A stretch of DNA of 64,000 nt from assembly GCF_053078305.1 (NCBI RefSeq), contig NZ_CP166879.1; one strand, 5' to 3'. This document shows positions 35,914-46,565 of the stretch, one piece after another. A program made the position numbers and the translations under genes. A model generated the notes under the pieces. It was not told the DNA's origin and ran no database searches. It was given only the letters and a program-made list of their open reading frames with translations. Position 1 is the stretch's first letter. Each line of letters begins with the position of its first letter.

Positions 35914-37460
35914 CAGGCTTCCTCCCCTTTGCAGATAAATTCACGCGCCAGCAATCCGGTATTGGTGCTGCTGCTCGCCAGAATCACTCCGGCATCAAGC
36001 AGCATCTGGCTTTGTTGTTCTAACGATGGCGTATCAAGATCGGTACCCAGCACATAGGCGAGAATGATCAACTCGCGTCCTTCGGCAGCGGCGATCGCTT
36101 TCGCTTCTTTGATCGCCTCGATGGTGGAGCCGACCGGATCTTCATGCGATCCAAATCCGAGCACAAAATCCATCACGATCACCGCCACTTCTGGATCGCG
36201 CGCCTCTTCGATCAAGCGACTGATGCGGTTGGTGGGGTCAATCATTGGATGCGGCTTGCCGTTGGTGAAGTCGTCATCGCCAAAGTCGAGGAAGGTGTGT
36301 TTGATGCTGCGGTTGATATCTTTCAGGCGGAATTCCGGATCGGGCTGAATGTTGCTGTAGACATCGCCATGTTTTTCCATCACCGCGAACATGGTTTCGT
36401 CGCACAACGTGCCGCCGCAGAACAGGCCACGAATGTATTTCTGCTGCGGTTGCAGACGCGCACGCACATCCGCAATCAACGGCTGGTTAAGCGTATGCAG
36501 GTCGAGATTTTCCTGTTTCACGCCGGAGAGCATCACCGCTTTTAGCGCCGCTTCTTTGGTGCCGCGAGCAAACTGTAGCCCCTGCTCGTCAACCGGCGTT
36601 TCGCCACGACCGAGGAAGCAGACCACCACCGGCTTGCGGCAGGCGCGGGCGCGTTCCAGCACTTTACGGGCCACCGCAGGCGCGGGAGGTTTTGAAATCA
36701 GCGCGATAATTTCAGTTTGCGGATCGTTTTCCAGCATCCCGATGGCGTCGAGCATCATCAGGCCGCCGATTTTCTCGCTCAGGTCGCGCCCGCCGGTGCC
36801 GATGAGTTGCGAAACGCCGCCACCAAATTCATGAATGCGGACGCTCAGCTCCTGGCTGCCGGTGCCGGATGCGCCAACAATACCGATGTTGCCGCGACGC
36901 ACGGCATTACCAAAACAGAGCGCCGCGCCGTTGATAATCGCCGTGCCACAGTCTGGCCCCATCATCAGCAGCCCTTTTTCGTGGGCCAACTGTTTGAGCG
37001 CCAGTTCATCTTCAACCGAGACGTTATCGGAAAACAGCATCACGTTAAGATCGTTTTGCAGCGCCTGACGCGCTTCGCGCGCGGCAAACAGACCGTTGAC
37101 CGAAATCACCGCCAGGTTACTTTCCGGGATATGCTTTTTGGCGCTGGCAATAGTGGCGTAACGCGCCTCGTGCGAGCCGCTTTGCGCTTTGGTGTTGAAC
37201 AGTTCTTCAATCTCCACCAGCAACTGCTCGTTGTCCGCCCCCGATTTACCATTGATGACAATCATCAGGTCGCCGTTTTTCGCCTGCTCCAGCTCCGGCG
37301 TCAGCAGTCCTAAATTTTTCAGCACACCTTTGTTCATTTCGGTCGCCATCGCCACAAATGCCTGCTCGACGCCGTCGAGTTTATTTGCACGCGTGGAGAT
37401 AGACATCAGCGAGACAGAATCAAAATAGGTATTCGGTTTAATGACTATTTTAACTGACAT
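35913..37460 (-). CDS. yahF: FdrA-like acyl-CoA synthetase (NDP-forming) family protein
   Basis: 515 aa; CoA-ligase/succinyl-CoA synthetase-like fold. Confidence 0.88.
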   Translation of the reverse strand: MSVKIVIKPNTYFDSVSLMSISTRANKLDGVEQAFVAMATEMNKGVLKNLGLLTPELEQAKNGDLMIVINGKSGADNEQLLVEIEELFNTKAQSGSHEARYATIASAKKHIPESNLAVISVNGLFAAREARQALQNDLNVMLFSDNVSVEDELALKQLAHEKGLLMMGPDCGTAIINGAALCFGNAVRRGNIGIVGASGTGSQELSVRIHEFGGGVSQLIGTGGRDLSEKIGGLMMLDAIGMLENDPQTEIIALISKPPAPAVARKVLERARACRKPVVVCFLGRGETPVDEQGLQFARGTKEAALKAVMLSGVKQENLDLHTLNQPLIADVRARLQPQQKYIRGLFCGGTLCDETMFAVMEKHGDVYSNIQPDPEFRLKDINRSIKHTFLDFGDDDFTNGKPHPMIDPTNRISRLIEEARDPEVAVIVMDFVLGFGSHEDPVGSTIEAIKEAKAIAAAEGRELIILAYVLGTDLDTPSLEQQSQMLLDAGVILASSSTNTGLLAREFICKGEEA

Positions 37461-38313
37461 AATTCCCTCCGTAGGTTTGGCTCAGCGCACAACCATCGGC
37501 CATGCCATACAGCATGTCGCAGCCGGAACTGGAGCCAATATGTTTAATTTTTTCTATTGCCTGAGTTGCGTTCCCAGGGATGTCATAAATAATGTTGTGA
37601 ATAAAACGATGAATATTTTCCCGGCAGCGTTGTTGTAATGCGGCTTCCAGCGTTATGGCACTTAATAACGTGGTATTATTTCTGCCGCGTTGCAAGCCGA
37701 GATAAAATTCCTCTTTGTATTTTCCCGCCGGATGCCCGGAAATAAATAAAATAAGTGCCAGACCTGTTAAATAATCATCGGCTGATGGCGTAAGGCCAAT
37801 CCCTAAGCCCATCATACTGGCGACCGCTGAGGCGATATTTTGTTTATCGATTACTGCCTGTATAACTGCCCGTCGTTTAATATGTAATTCTTTATTTAAC
37901 GCCTGATAAAACGGATTATCGCCGCGATAATTAAACAGGGTTTCATTTTCCCCCAGGTGCTGATGAATGATGTCGTGCCACTGTTGCCAGGCGATAAGGC
38001 GAAAATTCACAGCGGTCATTTGCAAGGTTGGGGACAGCCAACGCCGACAACGACTCATCTCTATATGAAGATGTTGACCAACCGTAATACCTTGATCGTC
38101 AAACTGAACCTTATCACCATGCCGGAACAGATCATCAAAGTGAGTGAGTGCCAACCGACAACTGTTTGGCGCATTGTCGTACTCTTCACAAAGCAGCGTC
38201 AGCAACTGCTGGCGAGCCGGGAGTGCGATATTTACCGCTCTGGCAAAGACCTGTTCAACCTGTCCTTGCCCCCGCTGCGCCAGAAAATCCGCATCCGCAG
38301 TTAGCGCCCACAC
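37450..38313 (-). CDS. yahE: DUF2877-family protein (YlbF paralogue)
   Basis: 287 aa; overlaps the yahF start. Confidence 0.85.
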   Translation of the reverse strand: MWALTADADFLAQRGQGQVEQVFARAVNIALPARQQLLTLLCEEYDNAPNSCRLALTHFDDLFRHGDKVQFDDQGITVGQHLHIEMSRCRRWLSPTLQMTAVNFRLIAWQQWHDIIHQHLGENETLFNYRGDNPFYQALNKELHIKRRAVIQAVIDKQNIASAVASMMGLGIGLTPSADDYLTGLALILFISGHPAGKYKEEFYLGLQRGRNNTTLLSAITLEAALQQRCRENIHRFIHNIIYDIPGNATQAIEKIKHIGSSSGCDMLYGMADGCALSQTYGGNYVS

Positions 38314-38352
38314 ACACCGTTTTTCAGGTGTGTTGATAGCAAGCCTCCCGGT

Positions 38353-38958
38353 TTATGCACCTGCGGCAATCAGTAACTGCGCAATCTCTTCAAAGCCCCG
38401 TTCCCGCGCCAGTTCCAGCGGCGTTTTGCCATATTTATCCGTCATGTGCGGGCTGGCCCCGTGTTCCAGCAATAACTGCACAATCGCCTGCTGTTTAATC
38501 CCGCCATCATTAAGCACAATCGCTTCCAGCAGCGGCGTCCAGCCTACATGGTTGGTCTGGTTAACGTTAATTTCCGTATGCGCCAAAAGCTCTTTTACAA
38601 TACTTAAATGGCCTTTTTCACAGGCAGGCGTCAGGCCGACACCGCCAAAACGGGTTACGCAATTAAGATCGGGTTTAGCCGGTAAAATAATTCGTAGTAG
38701 CGTTAAATCATCGTTCAGACAGCTAATTAAAAAAGGATTTAAACAGGTATGATCTTGCTTATTAATATCCGCTCCGGCGTCAATTAATGCCTGAACGCAA
38801 GCATATTGCTGATATAAACTTGCCAGCGTAATTGCCGTTTTCCCCTGACGATCGTAGGTATTAATATCGACACCCAGCGCAAGGCAGGTTTTTACTTTAT
38901 CGATATCACCCTGTTGTGCAGCCAATAAATAGTCGGCAGGTAGATTTTTTATACTCAT
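38353..38958 (-). CDS. yahD: Ankyrin-repeat protein
   Basis: 201 aa with repeated ankyrin motifs (GKTPLELA, GWTPLLEAI, GADINKQD). Confidence 0.9.
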   Translation of the reverse strand: MSIKNLPADYLLAAQQGDIDKVKTCLALGVDINTYDRQGKTAITLASLYQQYACVQALIDAGADINKQDHTCLNPFLISCLNDDLTLLRIILPAKPDLNCVTRFGGVGLTPACEKGHLSIVKELLAHTEINVNQTNHVGWTPLLEAIVLNDGGIKQQAIVQLLLEHGASPHMTDKYGKTPLELARERGFEEIAQLLIAAGA

Positions 38959-39215
38959 TCACATTCCCCTGGTTTTTGTGGCTGTTTTCGATGAATTGAG
39001 AATAGCAACGATAATCTGATAAAAGAACCCGCTTAAATTTAATTCGCCGTATTTCGCCTTTTTGTTGAATGATGTTCAACAATCTTTTCGCAGTGTGCGG
39101 TAGTGCAATATTTGTTTCTTTGACCCGATACCCTTTCACTCAATCAGGTTTTATTTCTCTATAGTCTGCACATGTAAGAGTAGCTTTCGTCCATGTCTAA
39201 CCAGAGGGGAACAAG

Positions 39216-39713
39216 ATGAACGGACTCACGGCAACGGGTGTCACCGTCGGTATTTGTGCAGGGCTTTGGCAGTTAGTGTCTTCACATGTCGGGCTCTCTC
39301 AGGGATGGGAATTATTAGGAACCATTGGCTTCGTCGCCTTTTGCAGTTTTTATGCCGCAGGCGGCGGTAAATCGGGGTTTATCAGAAGTCTGGCGGTTAA
39401 TTATTCCGGGATGGTGTGGGCGTTTTTCGCCGCGCTGGCTGCTGGTTGGCTGGCCTCTGTAAGTGGACTGTCCGCGTTCTGGGCGAGCGTAATTACTACC
39501 GTACCCTTCTCGGCGGTGGTGGTCTGGCAAGGGCGTTTCTGGTTACTGTCATTTATTCCCGGTGGCTTTCTCGGCATGACGCTGTTTTTTGCCAGCGGGA
39601 TGAACTGGACGGTGACATTACTGGGTTTTCTGGCGGGTAACTGCGTGGGGATAATTTCAGAATATGGTGGACAAAAATTAAGCGAAGCGACGACTAAACG
39701 CGACGGGTATTAA
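39216..39713 (+). CDS. yahC: Inner membrane protein
   Basis: 165 aa multi-pass hydrophobic ORF. Confidence 0.85.
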   Translation: MNGLTATGVTVGICAGLWQLVSSHVGLSQGWELLGTIGFVAFCSFYAAGGGKSGFIRSLAVNYSGMVWAFFAALAAGWLASVSGLSAFWASVITTVPFSAVVVWQGRFWLLSFIPGGFLGMTLFFASGMNWTVTLLGFLAGNCVGIISEYGGQKLSEATTKRDGY

Positions 39714-39804
39714 AAGTTATTCAAAAATGATTATCTATCTTTAACCGATACCTCTACAGTCATAGCTGGAGAAATTCATAGTAGATAATGGCGGGAATGG
39801 TTTA

Positions 39805-40737
39805 ATGAACTCAATTTTTACCGAAGAGAATCTGTTGGCATTTACTACCGCTGCGCGTTTTGGCAGTTTCAGTAAAGCCGCAGAAGAGTTGGGTTTAACC
39901 ACTTCCGCCATTAGCTACACCATCAAGCGAATGGAAACAGGGCTGGATGTGGTGCTGTTCACTCGCAGTACCCGAAGCATTGAGTTAACGGAGTCCGGAC
40001 GTTATTTTTTCCGCAAAGCTACCGACCTGCTGAATGATTTTCACGCCATCAAACGTAGCATTGATACTATTTCGCAGGGCATAGAAGCACGGGTTCGCAT
40101 TTGTATTAACCAGCTACTTTATACGCCTAAACACACCGCGCGCTTATTGCAGATACTGAAAAAGCAATTTCCTACCTGCCAGATTACCGTCACCACCGAA
40201 GTGTATAACGGCGTCTGGGATGCGATTATTAATAATCAGGCGAATATCGCTATTGGCGCGCCCGACACGCTGCTGGACGGCGGCGGCATTGATTACACGG
40301 AGATTGGCGCGATTCGCTGGGCCTTTGCCATCGCCCCGGATCACCCATTAGCCTATGTGCCGGAGCCGATCGCCGAAAGCCAGCTGCGTCTCTACCCTAA
40401 TATCATGGTGGAGGACACCGCGCATACGATTAATAAAAAAGTGGGCTGGTTGCTGCATGGGCAGGAGTCAATTCTGGTGCCAGATTTCAACACCAAATGT
40501 CAGTGCCAGATTTTAGGTGAAGGGATTGGTTTTTTGCCGGATTACATGGTCCGTGAGGCGATGACGCAATCCCTGCTGGTTACCCGACAAATTCATAATC
40601 CGCGCCAGGATTCGCGCATGTTACTGGCGACTCAGCATTCTGCTACGGGTCAGGTGACGCAGTGGATTAAAAAACAATTTGCGCCAAATGGCATATTGAC
40701 GGGGATCTATCAGGATTTACTGCATCGGGAGAATTAA
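39805..40737 (+). CDS. yahB: LysR-family transcriptional regulator
   Basis: 310 aa; N-terminal LysR HTH (FTTAARFGSFSKAAEELGLTTSAISYTIKRME). Confidence 0.9.
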   Translation: MNSIFTEENLLAFTTAARFGSFSKAAEELGLTTSAISYTIKRMETGLDVVLFTRSTRSIELTESGRYFFRKATDLLNDFHAIKRSIDTISQGIEARVRICINQLLYTPKHTARLLQILKKQFPTCQITVTTEVYNGVWDAIINNQANIAIGAPDTLLDGGGIDYTEIGAIRWAFAIAPDHPLAYVPEPIAESQLRLYPNIMVEDTAHTINKKVGWLLHGQESILVPDFNTKCQCQILGEGIGFLPDYMVREAMTQSLLVTRQIHNPRQDSRMLLATQHSATGQVTQWIKKQFAPNGILTGIYQDLLHREN

Positions 40738-40778
40738 TCGCTGCCAACCTCCCGATGCGCTGTGAATAGCGGTTTACA

Positions 40779-41876
40779 TCAACCACCTGCTTTCATTACC
40801 CATTCAGAGATAAATTTATTACCCGGTACTGGCGGAGAGTACAAATAGCCCTGCAAAAAGTGAACGCCTTTACCGATCATTAAATCCGCCTGCTCCTGGG
40901 TTTCTACCCCTTCCGCCACGATACTCAGACCAGGCTTACGCGCCAGTTCGACAATATTGTCGACAATATGACCGGATATTTCGTCGACACTCGCCATTTG
41001 CACAAATGACTTATCGATCTTAATAAAATCGACCGGAAACGCCTGCAGATAACGATAGGTCGCATAACCCGTACCAAAGTCATCCAGTGCAAAGGTAATG
41101 TTGTGCTGATGAAGGCTGTCAAATATCGCTCTGGCTTCTGGCGTTACCGGAATAGGGTTACGTTCCGTTAGCTCGAGAACCAGTTTGATTTTATCGTTTC
41201 CTAATTTCTTGACCAGGTTCAGGCATTCTTTTTCAAATCCCGCGGCCAAAAAACAACCCGCCGAGACGTTGATACCAATATGGAAATTATCAGGCAGCAA
41301 ATGTTTTACCGGCATCAGAATATCCGCAGTCTGTTTCATCAGTTGGCGGGTCATTATGACAATAAGACCGGATGACTCCGCCAGAGGAATAAACTGATCC
41401 GGTGGGATAATTCCCGTTTGTGGATGTTCCCAGCGGACAAGCACCTCACAGCCCGTCAGTACCCCAGTCTGCGCGCAGAAAACCGGTTGGATCCACGGTT
41501 TGAATTCGTGGTTTTCCAACGCCAGACTGATGGCTTCAGGCGTGACGATATGGTGACAACGGTTATCAGGGATATAAAAATTATTTTTATTTCCCGTGCC
41601 ACTGATGACTTGCGGATGATATTGAAAAAAGATATCCCGCCAGAAGGTAATATCACTCTGGATGCCTAGTTTTTCATACAGCTGCTTCTTTTGATGTGAA
41701 ATTGTCTTTGCACTGCGATTTCTGTACTGTGAGATTTCTGTAACCGACATTCCCTCCATTAGCAGCTTGAGTAAAAGCCGTTCTTTTTCGGACACGATAC
41801 CAGGCAACGTCAAATTCACCGTTGCCCCGAACTCTTCCAAAAAAACACTCAAATCATGCGAAGCCATTGAACACAC
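40779..41876 (-). CDS. pdeL: c-di-GMP phosphodiesterase PdeL (LuxR-type HTH plus EAL domain)
   Basis: N-terminal LuxR HTH (LLMEGMSVTEISQYRNRSAKTISHQKKQLYEKLG), C-terminal EAL domain (ELTE..., DDFGTGYA); start may be a few codons internal. Confidence 0.92.
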   Translation of the reverse strand: MCSMASHDLSVFLEEFGATVNLTLPGIVSEKERLLLKLLMEGMSVTEISQYRNRSAKTISHQKKQLYEKLGIQSDITFWRDIFFQYHPQVISGTGNKNNFYIPDNRCHHIVTPEAISLALENHEFKPWIQPVFCAQTGVLTGCEVLVRWEHPQTGIIPPDQFIPLAESSGLIVIMTRQLMKQTADILMPVKHLLPDNFHIGINVSAGCFLAAGFEKECLNLVKKLGNDKIKLVLELTERNPIPVTPEARAIFDSLHQHNITFALDDFGTGYATYRYLQAFPVDFIKIDKSFVQMASVDEISGHIVDNIVELARKPGLSIVAEGVETQEQADLMIGKGVHFLQGYLYSPPVPGNKFISEWVMKAGG

Positions 41877-41954
41877 CTTGATTAAATCTTGTGCGCCAGC
41901 TAAATCTGCGAGTCTTCACTCTGACGGATAAAGCTGGCTGCAAGAAAATGACAC

Positions 41955-41986
41955 AGAGAGCCGAATTATCTCCCGTTCGGCTCTCT
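41955..41986 (-). terminator. Stem-loop downstream of the autotransporter gene
   Basis: Perfect 11-bp inverted repeat agagagccgaa / ttcggctctct with 10-nt loop, directly after the ehaA-type stop; flanking runs are only moderately T-rich. Confidence 0.5.
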
Positions 41987-42008
41987 ATCCTTTTACTCAT
42001 TATTCAGA

Positions 42009-45000
42009 TCAGAATTGCCACTTAATGCCAACCATTGCAGAGGTGTCATTATATCCCCTATCGGCAACCTGAACGCCCACATTCCCCCAGACATTCAGGT
42101 TGGCATTTAGCTGTCCTTCCACCCCGGTTTTTATCTCAGCAATATTTCGGGCTCCATCCTGAGTGACGGACACGCCATCCATACTGGTGCTGAAATCCTT
42201 ACTGTTATGCAGCCAGTTCACTTCTACAAACGGCTGGAACTCGCGGGATTTACCGTCATCCATTTTATGGTGGCTCTTCAGCCAGTTTTTTACGCCAAGT
42301 CGGGTTTGAACATTGCCATCACCGTTGCTATGAACGAGGGTTCCGTTGCTTTCGCGGTGCTTATCAGCTTTGACTCCCATCCAGGTAACCTGTGCTTGCG
42401 GCTGAACATACCATTCATTACGCGTTCCCTGGCTGCCATTAAATTCAGCTAATTTGTGTTTGTATCCAGCTTCCAGTGAAGCGGTAAGTCCTTTTGATTT
42501 ATAGGATTCACTTTGTAAGTCATCCCCTTTCACTGTGTTATCAAACCAGCTGTACTGCGCCCAACTGTCGAGATACGCGCCATTACGCGACTCGTCATCG
42601 GCATACCAGGTGGCATAGAGGCCTGTGCTATATCCGTTCACACTCGCTTTTGCACGATAACCGGTTCGCGAGGAAATGGTTTTGCTGTCGCTGTTGCCAT
42701 ATCCCGCCATGACCCCAACATGCCAGCTGTCGCTGCCGTTTTGGCTCCACTGCGCGACATCGCCTCCCAGTTGCAGAACATAGCGATTGCTTTGGGTTTT
42801 CAGCTGGCCGCTGCCATCACGCCATTTATTATGACCACCTTCATGGCGCATCCACATAGTGGTTTGTTTCTGCTCACCCGTCACCATGTCGGTATAGTAC
42901 GTATTACCCAGACGCTCATGCAGACGCGTGGTGAACATGGTATTCGCTGCTGCAAGGTTCGCAATGTAGCTACCCGCCTCCGGTCGCAGGTCATTATCCA
43001 CATTCAGATCCGGACCCGGCGTAGGTGTCGGGTTAGGGTTCGGCTCTGGATTCGGGTTTGGCTCCGGATTCGGCATCGGGTCTGGCTCCGGCTGCAGTTC
43101 AGGAGAATCACTGCCGCTGGTCAGATACCAGTTACCACTATTTGCCCCTTGTCCACGCGCGAGAGTGTAGTCATACGCCCCCGCAACGATACGCCCAGCC
43201 TGAACAAATTCGCCCTCAGACTTACCGTCTACATGGATAAGTTCGATACCGTTAAGGGTTTTCGCACCTGTACCGCCAGCGTTATTCACCGTAACGGCAG
43301 TCGTGCCGCTGGTATCGCCCTCGACAACCAATTTATCGGTTACTGAGTCATCGCCATTCAGTACCGTATTCATTACTAGTTGACCGTTATTACCGTGGTA
43401 GTTCCCCTTCACCACTAACACATTGCCAGCTTGCTGTCCTGACATTCCGGTCATCAGCGTACCGTTGTTGGTCAGATTGCCGCCCAGGGTGTAATTCACA
43501 GACGCAGCCGCTCTTTTTTCAGCGCTATTATTCAACGCCAGGGTACCGTTGTTCTCAACGTTTGCGCTACCCAATCCCTGCGCATGACTTACCAGGACAT
43601 TAGCCGAATTAGCAATGTTCACATTCGCCGTCAGGTTGCTGTTATCGCCCGCGATGTCCAGCGTGCCGCCCTGAATATTCAGCTCTCCGCTCCCCGTTAA
43701 CGAACCGGTTGAAGTGCCCCCGTTGGTAACCGTCAGACTGCCGCCATTTAAGCTCAGCAGTGAATCGGCGCTGCCATTGAGCGTGCCCACGGTCTGGCTG
43801 TGACCATTCATATCCAGTTCAGTCTCTGCCGCCAGACGCAGTTCATGGGTATTACCCAACACGTTATCGTTATTCAACAAAAGCGTCCCACTGCGCAGAT
43901 CGGTAACACCGGTATAGTCGTTGTCTTTGTTAGAAAGCGATACGGTCTGACCCTTCTGGCTGCTGAATGCCAGGTCACCACTGCCGGTAATCTTTGCGCT
44001 GAGATCGGCGGCATTCTCGCTTTTACCGTTAGAGCTCAGCACCAGAGCATCGCTGTCGGTAGCGTGTAAATCAAGCTGGGTCAGGCCGTAACCGATATAC
44101 AGACCGTCATTGTTTACCCCACTCGTCAGACGATAGTCGTAAGTGCCGACGGCCGCTTTTTGCCCATTCTGCTGAATATCACGTTGGGCGCTGCTGGAGA
44201 GGATTTGCCCATTTTTATCCTGCAATTGCAGATTGCCCGCATCGCCCAGAACTTCCGCACCTTGCGCATCAACCAACTTAATGGTGCTGTTACCATCATC
44301 GACTTCAGTGAGCGATAACGCAGAGTCAATATCACGAGATACTGAGCTTACAACGTCACTGTCAGAAACCTGAATCACACCCTCGCCGCGCAAATCCAGC
44401 GTTTTACTAACGTTGACCGTCCCTTCTGTCATCTGTGCACCTGCTGTCAGGGCACCAAAATCAACGGTTCCGCCGGAGAATCCCAAAGTGCTAATAGAAT
44501 GAGCGCCCTTACCCACTGTTACCTGGCTTCCCTGACCCGCAGTGATCCCGCCTCTCTGCAGAAACTCAGCATTCTTTTCCAGGTTAAATGCCGTGTTCTG
44601 GAACGCCAGTGAACCCTGGAACCAGTCTGTATAAGCAAACTCATCGAAGGAGAATTCGTGATTCCCCATGTTTATTTCAACAATGCCTCTACCTTCAAGA
44701 TCGTTATCAAATACCCAATCTTTGTTGGCATTAATTTGCAATTTGCCATCAACATCCAGCTCTGCACGACCGATATTCTTGTCTTCAGAAATAACAGCGA
44801 CAGCACCAGAAGCAACATCAATATATCCGCTGAATGCATAGTTATTGCCGGTCAACTCCACCGTCCCACTGTCGATACTTATTGTACCGTTGCCAGAGAT
44901 CTTATTGGCAAAGGTCATGCTATCGTCAGCCTTCAGGTGTAATTTCCCGCGGTTGGTGATCTCTGCTGTACCTATATTTTGGGTGATCCCTAAAGCGCCA

Positions 45001-45992
45001 TTTTGCTCAATTTTGACTTTACCACTAAAGGCAGAGTTATCCCCGGTTAAGTAAGTCGTGCCATTGAGCGCATTGATATAGCCTAGGCCCTCGCTGCCAC
45101 TGACAATATCCGCGGAAATAGTCGCGTCTTTATCCGTGTGGTTTAAGGTGATTTTCTTATCGGATGTCGAAGCCCACACAAACTCAATTTTTTCGGCATC
45201 AATAATCCCTGCCGCCTTCGCAGCACTTCCTTCCTGTGCACCTAACGCTAACTCAGAGTTGGTGCTTAAACTAATTTTCGGTGCGGATATTTTACCTCCA
45301 TCTGATACGACTAATGTTGTATCAGAACGTTGGTCGTAATAACCCAGGCTAATATGTTCACGAGCATTAACTTCACCACCGTTATTAACCGACAGGAACT
45401 GATTACCGCCATATCCGCCGTAAACGCCCATAAAGAAGGTCCCGGCATTTACCTGACTACCTTCGCCGCTTACATTCCCCTGCGTATAAGTCAGACGACT
45501 GGTGCCCTTAACATGAATTTTGCCGCCGTTGGAGACATTAAAATAGCCTTGATCATGTCTCATGCCTGAGTTTGACTCATACAAATCATCAGCATATAAC
45601 TCGCTGCCAGCATTGGAGACATTCAGGAAGCCCGTACCTTTCAGCAAAAAGTTAAGTGGGCCATTGATTGTTACCTTTCCTCCGGTAATATCCAACCCAC
45701 CACCAGACGCGAGAGTCAGACGCGGACGGGAAGTATCTGTCGCATTGATTACCAGATTGGCATTGTCTGTCACCGTAATACGGTAATCGATGCTCTGGTT
45801 CTCTTTGCCAAAATCAATAGTTTTATCCTGGTTTACGATGACATCATCGGCGAATACCAGAGATGAATATAAACTTATCGCGCTAATTAAAACAGCCCGG
45901 GACTTTTTTCCTTTTACTCTGCTCCCCAGCTCCGAGCAGACGCTCCAACAGTTACGGGACCTGTTCCACTTTAGCCGATATATTTTATTCAT
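42009..45992 (-). CDS. ehaA: AIDA-I-type autotransporter adhesin (EhaA-like)
   Basis: 1327 aa from ATG 45992; extended signal peptide MNKIYRLKWNRSRNCWSVCSELGSRV; Gly/Asn/Thr-rich passenger; proline-rich linker PEPDPMPNPEPNPNPEPNPNPTPTPGP; C-terminal beta-barrel ending ...GIKWQF. No gene lies between pdeL and betT in K-12. Confidence 0.8.
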   Translation of the reverse strand: MNKIYRLKWNRSRNCWSVCSELGSRVKGKKSRAVLISAISLYSSLVFADDVIVNQDKTIDFGKENQSIDYRITVTDNANLVINATDTSRPRLTLASGGGLDITGGKVTINGPLNFLLKGTGFLNVSNAGSELYADDLYESNSGMRHDQGYFNVSNGGKIHVKGTSRLTYTQGNVSGEGSQVNAGTFFMGVYGGYGGNQFLSVNNGGEVNAREHISLGYYDQRSDTTLVVSDGGKISAPKISLSTNSELALGAQEGSAAKAAGIIDAEKIEFVWASTSDKKITLNHTDKDATISADIVSGSEGLGYINALNGTTYLTGDNSAFSGKVKIEQNGALGITQNIGTAEITNRGKLHLKADDSMTFANKISGNGTISIDSGTVELTGNNYAFSGYIDVASGAVAVISEDKNIGRAELDVDGKLQINANKDWVFDNDLEGRGIVEINMGNHEFSFDEFAYTDWFQGSLAFQNTAFNLEKNAEFLQRGGITAGQGSQVTVGKGAHSISTLGFSGGTVDFGALTAGAQMTEGTVNVSKTLDLRGEGVIQVSDSDVVSSVSRDIDSALSLTEVDDGNSTIKLVDAQGAEVLGDAGNLQLQDKNGQILSSSAQRDIQQNGQKAAVGTYDYRLTSGVNNDGLYIGYGLTQLDLHATDSDALVLSSNGKSENAADLSAKITGSGDLAFSSQKGQTVSLSNKDNDYTGVTDLRSGTLLLNNDNVLGNTHELRLAAETELDMNGHSQTVGTLNGSADSLLSLNGGSLTVTNGGTSTGSLTGSGELNIQGGTLDIAGDNSNLTANVNIANSANVLVSHAQGLGSANVENNGTLALNNSAEKRAAASVNYTLGGNLTNNGTLMTGMSGQQAGNVLVVKGNYHGNNGQLVMNTVLNGDDSVTDKLVVEGDTSGTTAVTVNNAGGTGAKTLNGIELIHVDGKSEGEFVQAGRIVAGAYDYTLARGQGANSGNWYLTSGSDSPELQPEPDPMPNPEPNPNPEPNPNPTPTPGPDLNVDNDLRPEAGSYIANLAAANTMFTTRLHERLGNTYYTDMVTGEQKQTTMWMRHEGGHNKWRDGSGQLKTQSNRYVLQLGGDVAQWSQNGSDSWHVGVMAGYGNSDSKTISSRTGYRAKASVNGYSTGLYATWYADDESRNGAYLDSWAQYSWFDNTVKGDDLQSESYKSKGLTASLEAGYKHKLAEFNGSQGTRNEWYVQPQAQVTWMGVKADKHRESNGTLVHSNGDGNVQTRLGVKNWLKSHHKMDDGKSREFQPFVEVNWLHNSKDFSTSMDGVSVTQDGARNIAEIKTGVEGQLNANLNVWGNVGVQVADRGYNDTSAMVGIKWQF

Positions 45993-46523
45993 CACAATCT
46001 CCAGCAATACATCCAAATAAAACCAAGATTGCATAAACAGCAACGCATTAAATGCCATTCCGGTTACTGTTCATCGCATATAAAAATTCAAAAATTTTGC
46101 ATAGCATTGGCAACCACATATCTGAGTATGTAGTTCAGAGGGTAATAAAATAGCAAGTTACTACTGAAAACTTATTTTAAGTTAACACTCTTAACTTTAT
46201 CATTACATTCCCCCCCAGTCTCTAATACCTGCGCATTATATGTATCCGGGAACTCAAATCAACTCAAAATATAAACAAAAGCAGGAGAAATACATTTAAT
46301 ATACAGCCGGTAAAAGTGGTAACTCTTATTAGGTATACAAATATAAGAATCGTCTTATTAATAAATATATAACTCTATAGGACTGAATCCATTCAGCTAA
46401 TACAAAATAAAATCGTTAATTAATAAAATATAAAATCATGAAGTGATACAAGAGGAATTTCAGGATATGACATGACAATCATATATAATATATGCATAAT
46501 TTTTTACAGCGAGTCAATGATTC

Positions 46524-46556
46524 CCGCGCCATATGCAAACATGGCGCGGTTTTATG
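46524..46556 (+). terminator. Rho-independent terminator-like hairpin next to the betT 3' end
   Basis: ccgcgccat-atgcaaac-atggcgcgg (9-bp GC-rich stem) followed by ttttatg. Confidence 0.55.
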
Positions 46557-46565
46557 CAATAACAA

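Noticed and set aside
42009-46058. Upstream in-frame extension of the autotransporter ORF (MAFNALLFMQSWFYLDVLLEIV)
   Set aside because: The conserved autotransporter signal peptide begins at the internal MNKIYRLKW..., so the CDS start was placed at 45992.
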